Position numbers and translations under genes: made by a program
Notes under the pieces: generated by a model
The model's input: only the letters and a program-made list of their open reading frames with translations
Database searches by the model: none
What the model was told of the DNA's origin: nothing
IMG/VR virus record: IMGVR_UViG_3300037484_000435
Span: 32,001 to 96,000 of that record
Origin: a virus
Taxonomy: Duplodnaviria; Caudoviricetes
Strand: one strand, 5' to 3'
Length of the DNA: 64,000 bases
Part shown: piece after piece, positions 59,356-64,000 of the stretch
Numbering within the stretch: position 1 is the stretch's first letter
Layout of the letters: the number at the start of each line of letters is the position of its first letter

Positions 59356-61486
59356 GTGCGACGAGCAAAGATTTGTGTAATGATTCCGTAGTGATACGGC
59401 CAGAGAACTGCCTCTGCGTACCTAACCAAGCATGCGTTATTACATCCTGTGTAGTAGGGTATGGAGCCTTGGTGACAATGTAATTTATACTACGAGCATC
59501 AATGTGGTATAGATGCTAGGTAAAGAGAAAGCATGGTTAACGCAAGTGAACTACTAATAAACCTCGTTAACATGAACAGGCTAAAGATGCTGAAAAGCCT
59601 GTACCAAAAAGGTAAATGGGTTGTCATGTATTTGTATATTGTACATGATGCAGTCTACACTCCCATCGGGGAACAGGTAGAACCTACACTTTCTCGTATT
59701 ATCTTATACAAATAACTCGGTAAGCCTAATGAGTTGCGGTCGCAAGAACCGCTAGCCCGTGAGTAATCTGGGGTGATTTACTCAGTAGGTAGAAGATGTA
59801 GTAAAAAGCGAATGCCCGTGTGTAATGCACAGGATAGTTATAAATTATAGCGGAGACGTAATGGAGTTCCTTGTGGAGACCGCCCTTCACGGCGGAGCAG
59901 TCGCAAGGTCACCCAGTATAAGATATAACCCTCGAAAGAGGGCAGACTTACTACCGGTCTCTCACTGCAGGAATATCTGCAGAAACTTTAAGGAGGATTA
60001 GTTATGATACACTGTGAAAACAGCGTTGCTGCCTCCAACAAATTTGATACGTGGAGTTCCATTAATTGGAAAGAAGTTGAAGAATTTGTTAGGAATATGC
60101 AGATAAAGATTGCAGATGCTGCTAAAAAGGAAAAATGGAGAGAGATAAATAGGTTGCAATATACCTTGACACATTCTTTCCGTGCTAAACTTTTAGCGGT
60201 AAGAATAGTTACATCTAGCACGGGCAACCGTACTGCTGGTGTAGATGGACAGATTTGGAAACATGATGAAACCAAATTATCGGAAGCAAGAAACCTTGAT
60301 AGGAAAACTTATAAACCTTCTCCACTTAAAAGGGTAATCATTCCCAAACCAAATGGTGGGGAACGTGCATTGGGTATTCCTACGATGAGGGATAGAGCGA
60401 TGCAATGTCTTTATAAGTTCGCACTGGAACCTGTTGCAGAAGTGTTTGCAGACCAGTGTTCTTACGGATTTAGAAAGCATAGGTGTTGTCAAGATGCACT
60501 AGAGCATATTGTCGGTATTTTCCAAGGTACAAAAGGAGCGGAGTGGGTTCTTGAAGGTGATATAGAAAAATGTTTTGATAAAATTTCTCACGAATGGTTG
60601 CTGTCCAATATTCAAATGGACAAAAATCTGTTGGAGAAATGGCTCAAAGCGGGATTCGTCTTTCAAGACACACTGTTTCTTACGGAAGAAGGAACTCCTC
60701 AAGGAGGAGTAATATCTCCTATTCTTGCAAACCTTGCCTTGGATGGCCTAGAGAAACTTTTAAAGGATAGGTTTCCTCGTCATCACGGTAAGAAAGTTAA
60801 TTTGGTTAGATATGCTGATGATTTCATCATATCAGGTGTTTCTAAAGAAGTAATGGAGAACGAAGTTAAACCTCTAGTTGAGGAATTTCTTTCTGTCAGA
60901 GGATTAAAACTATCCGACTCCAAGACATCAATAACTCATATTGATGATGGTTTTGATTTCCTAGGTTTTACAGTACGAAAGTTCAAGGGTAAACTGATTA
61001 CTAAACCTAGCAAGAAATCAATAAAGAAATTCTTAAAGACAATCAAAGAGTTTCTTACTGATCATCGAACCAGCAAACAAACAGATATAATTATTCCACT
61101 CAATAAGAAAATTTCTGGCTGGAGTAACTACTTCAAGCATTGTAGTGCGAAGGTAACATTTAGTTACATCGATTTCCGCATTTGGAAAATGATTTGGCAA
61201 TGGTGCAAAAGAAGGCACCCCAATAAAAACAATAATTGGGTTAAAGCCAAATACTTCATTACGTTTAAAGGGCGTGATTGGCGTTTTAGTGCGGATGAAC
61301 ACTATCTCACTATCGCCGCGTCGTTCCCAATTACGCGATGGATAAAACTTCGTAAAGATGCTGAAGTATTTAACCCTGCTTGGGATGAGTATTTTGAATT
61401 AAGAGAGGCTTGAGCCGTGTGCGGGGAAACTCGCACGCACGGTTCTTAGGGGGCGGGGGTTATGTAAGTAACTCCTGCTACCCGAT
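59356..61486 (+). mobile_element. group II intron 2 (relative of intron 1) encoding RT/maturase
   Basis: 5' GTGCGACGAG; domain V GAGCCGTGTGCGGGGAAACTCGCACGCACGGTTC; ends CCCGAT; EBS1 GTATAT (59634-59639) pairs with IBS1 ATGTAT. Confidence 0.92.
60004..61413 (+). CDS. ltrA: group II intron reverse transcriptase/maturase, no HNH endonuclease domain
   Basis: TAGVDG, ALGIPTMRDR, SYGFR, GTPQGGVISP, YADD, FDFLGF, SGWSNYF. Confidence 0.95.
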   Translation: MIHCENSVAASNKFDTWSSINWKEVEEFVRNMQIKIADAAKKEKWREINRLQYTLTHSFRAKLLAVRIVTSSTGNRTAGVDGQIWKHDETKLSEARNLDRKTYKPSPLKRVIIPKPNGGERALGIPTMRDRAMQCLYKFALEPVAEVFADQCSYGFRKHRCCQDALEHIVGIFQGTKGAEWVLEGDIEKCFDKISHEWLLSNIQMDKNLLEKWLKAGFVFQDTLFLTEEGTPQGGVISPILANLALDGLEKLLKDRFPRHHGKKVNLVRYADDFIISGVSKEVMENEVKPLVEEFLSVRGLKLSDSKTSITHIDDGFDFLGFTVRKFKGKLITKPSKKSIKKFLKTIKEFLTDHRTSKQTDIIIPLNKKISGWSNYFKHCSAKVTFSYIDFRIWKMIWQWCKRRHPNKNNNWVKAKYFITFKGRDWRFSADEHYLTIAASFPITRWIKLRKDAEVFNPAWDEYFELREA

Positions 61487-61711
61487 GATTGTAGTTGGAC
61501 CGATAAAGCACTAACTAGGTTTGTAAGAAAGTCTGGAATTAAAGCCAGCGATCTGGAAAATCCTGATGAATTTCCTCTGTTTCAATTGAGGATAGCGGAT
61601 AGAATAAGCCGAGGCTTGGAACCAGTAACTACCAAACAACGAGATTTTGAAAATAGACTCAGAGGATACTTTAATCCCAATAAACAAGAGGAAATAATAT
61701 GCCAAAAATAA
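61487..61711 (+). CDS. exon 3 of the split HD-domain gene
   Basis: joins in frame to give HMYMY|DCSWTDKALTRF...LRIADR, matching the HM..Y...W.D.A..RF and L..ADR pattern of HD nucleotidyltransferase tails; TAA at 61709-61711. Confidence 0.75.
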   Translation, partial: DCSWTDKALTRFVRKSGIKASDLENPDEFPLFQLRIADRISRGLEPVTTKQRDFENRLRGYFNPNKQEEIICQK

Positions 61712-62450
61712 CAGCGATCGTAATTATGGTTCTGTTAATTTGTGCTCCACCAGTATTTGCTAAAAAGAAAGTGGATAATAGCCCTTTTCCGAAACAGCAA
61801 ATACAGATTGACCCCGGCGTATTGGCCGAACATCAAAAACGTTTTGGCCCCACCATAAGAAAAGCTCCGCCTCTGAACAAGAGAGCAGCACCTGCAGCAA
61901 TACAGACAGAGGTGGGGCGGTCATCAATCGACACAATTTTAGAAATGCCAGTATTACCCAAGATGGTGGGTGATGTTCCCTATGCTCCAAAGTATAAGTG
62001 GGGTAAACAACCAACACTCTCACAAATGCTACAAACTAAAGTAGGACCAAGAAAAAACCCCCAACCAGATAGTTTGGGAACAAAAACAACAATAGAAGAC
62101 CAACGATAGAAAGGCTTTTTGAGTAATGAGATACGCATGGTTACTTTTGATTTTGGTATTGGCCACAGTAATGTGTGGGTGCGACGAAGGAGATTGGAAA
62201 CGTCTATGTAGCACTGTAGAAGGTGTTGTAAAAGATGTTCGGATTACGATGACTCCCGCCGCCCTGCAGGGAGATGGTGGGCAATCTGCGTCCGTACACA
62301 CTGTTGTTACCTTTACAGACGACCGGACAATAATGTTTAAAGGTGCAAGCCCCCAACCAATACCCTTAGATAGTATGGTAAAAATTTATTATCGCAGCGA
62401 TAGAATCGTGGCTGTAGAATTATCAACAGCTAAAGGAACAACCCCTGATA

Positions 62451-63101
62451 ATGATAATGGAGAGACGAAAGGAGTTAAACCCTTATCCAATTGATTATCC
62501 AGTTCGTATTTCGAAAGGAAACCCAAAAATAGGTGACATACTTAATGTTAGTTTACCACCCATAGTATCATGCCAACCCAATGTGCCCTGTGCAAAGGGT
62601 GGCTGTTACTCTATGAAAGCGTGGAATTGTTATCCAGGTACTCGTCGTGCTCGGAGACATAATTGGAATAAGCTAAACCATAACAGAGAAGCTTACTTCC
62701 AAGATATCCATGACTGCTTGGTCATTCAGCCCCGCCAAAAGAAGTTCCCTGTATTCTTCCGATGGCATGTAGACGGAGACATTCCTGACCAAGATTATTT
62801 GGAGCGTATGAAAGACGTGGCCCGAGCACATTCTCAGGTAAGAATGTTGGCGTTCACGAAAAACTATAAACTTAATCGTGAGAATCTACCACAAAACCTT
62901 ACCGTTATTCCTTCGGCGTGGCCTAAACTAAAAATACCCAAAGAACTGAAGTCTACTAGAATGGCTTGGGTGTATGACCCCAAAAATGTCGATGAGCGTA
63001 TACTCGGAAATTACTATGTATGTTCTGGTGCATGCACGAATTGTTGGGCTTGTTGGCACATAGACCAAATGGACAAAGATGTGCTATTCCATAAGCACTA
63101 G
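62451..63101 (+). CDS. phage Gp88-like protein
   Basis: SLPPIVSC...PC..GCY, FFRWHVDGDI, AFTK, C.G.C.NC.ACW. Confidence 0.7.
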   Translation: MIMERRKELNPYPIDYPVRISKGNPKIGDILNVSLPPIVSCQPNVPCAKGGCYSMKAWNCYPGTRRARRHNWNKLNHNREAYFQDIHDCLVIQPRQKKFPVFFRWHVDGDIPDQDYLERMKDVARAHSQVRMLAFTKNYKLNRENLPQNLTVIPSAWPKLKIPKELKSTRMAWVYDPKNVDERILGNYYVCSGACTNCWACWHIDQMDKDVLFHKH

Positions 63102-63548
63102 GAGAAATAATGCAAACATTAAAAGGTAAAATCACGGGAGTGAAGTCTAGGTATTCAACCATAGGACAAGACCTTGTGGGTACAAATATTACTATTATGT
63201 TGGAAGAAAAAAACGACGTTTTGCTGTGGGACTTAGTGGCTGATAAAATCTTTAACGAATCTCCGCTAGTCCTACAAGTGAAACCTATACTCAAATAATG
63301 TATTACACGAACATTAAATTCAACTGCCCACGTTGCGGAGATGGCCAACCCATCTACGAAGCGTGGGGAAACGTGACCACGTTCCATTATGTGGACACAA
63401 TTGATGAAGACGGAATTATTGATATGACTGATATCGCGGAAGCAGAGTTTAGAAAAAGTGACCGAGACGGTTGCTATTGTGCAACCTGCTTTTCCTATAT
63501 TACTGATGATTTAAATAATTATATGAAAGAAAACCCCGACCTAATTAC

Positions 63549-63995
63549 ATGGGAGACAAGAGATTGAGAGCAGTATCAATTGGTATACAGAAAGCAATAG
63601 ACGAACTATACCGCACAAGGGAAGAAAGAAAGATTTTGCAGATGAAAGAGGAACAACTTTCGGATGCAATTAAAGACCACATGATGAGAGAGGGTCTGGA
63701 AATAATCGAGACTAAAGAGCATTGTGCTCTGCTGTCTGTTCGCTCAAGCGGGGCTATAGACCCCGAGGCTTATTACGAAGCCCTCGACGAAGACTTTGAT
63801 AAGTTTCTAGAAACTATATCGGTTAGAAAAGAAACCAACAAGAAGAAAGGTCATATAGGTGCGGATTATTATCTCAGTAAAGAGATGATTGAATCCATCA
63901 CAGCACCTGTAGACATTTCTGCTTTGCGTATAACAAAGATTACCGAAGTTCCCGAGCAGAAACCTGCCCCTAAACTCAAAGCGAAATATGCATGA
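63549..63995 (+). CDS. hypothetical phage protein
   Basis: complete ORF in + strand gene run. Confidence 0.5.
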   Translation: MGDKRLRAVSIGIQKAIDELYRTREERKILQMKEEQLSDAIKDHMMREGLEIIETKEHCALLSVRSSGAIDPEAYYEALDEDFDKFLETISVRKETNKKKGHIGADYYLSKEMIESITAPVDISALRITKITEVPEQKPAPKLKAKYA

Positions 63996-64000
63996 GCAAC

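Noticed and set aside
439-63387. Minus-strand ORFs from the six-frame track
   Set aside because: They lie antisense to well-supported + strand genes or tRNAs, with no motifs; treated as shadow ORFs.
1-64000. Genome-wide TAG recoding (code 15) in this window
   Set aside because: Conserved proteins are intact under code 11 and several end at natural C-termini with TAG; recoding elsewhere is not excluded.

Overview
Very probably part of a large (jumbo-type) bacteriophage genome. Nearly all credible genes lie on the + strand as densely packed short ORFs, interspersed with 22 tRNA genes, 7 free-standing HNH and 2 LAGLIDADG homing endonucleases, and host-like auxiliary genes (PAS histidine kinase, HD-GYP, K+ channel, KptA/Tpt1, L,D-transpeptidase, Pth, MgsA, HD hydrolase). 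Near the right end are an SSB/helicase module and two RT-encoding group II introns that split one HD-domain gene. The standout feature is a largely non-coding tract at about 28.85-35.1 kb, directly upstream of a Ro60/TROVE gene. It holds 15 tandem copies of a structured-RNA unit sharing a scaffold (terminal stem, RGCG internal loop, inner stem, TTACTTC-like motif) around highly variable inserts. Five inserts are circularly permuted tRNA bodies (T-arm, acceptor closed by a loop, D-arm) with the scaffold in place of the anticodon loop. This suggests a greatly expanded, diversified Y-RNA-like/tRNA-mimic repertoire for the phage Ro60; that link is inference. Other oddities: a CUA amber-suppressor tRNA although TAG is used as a stop here, four class-I tRNAs with long variable arms, RBS-sequestering hairpins before the HNH genes, and a tRNA-like element inside an intron. 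All calls were made by eye, with no database or covariance-model search.
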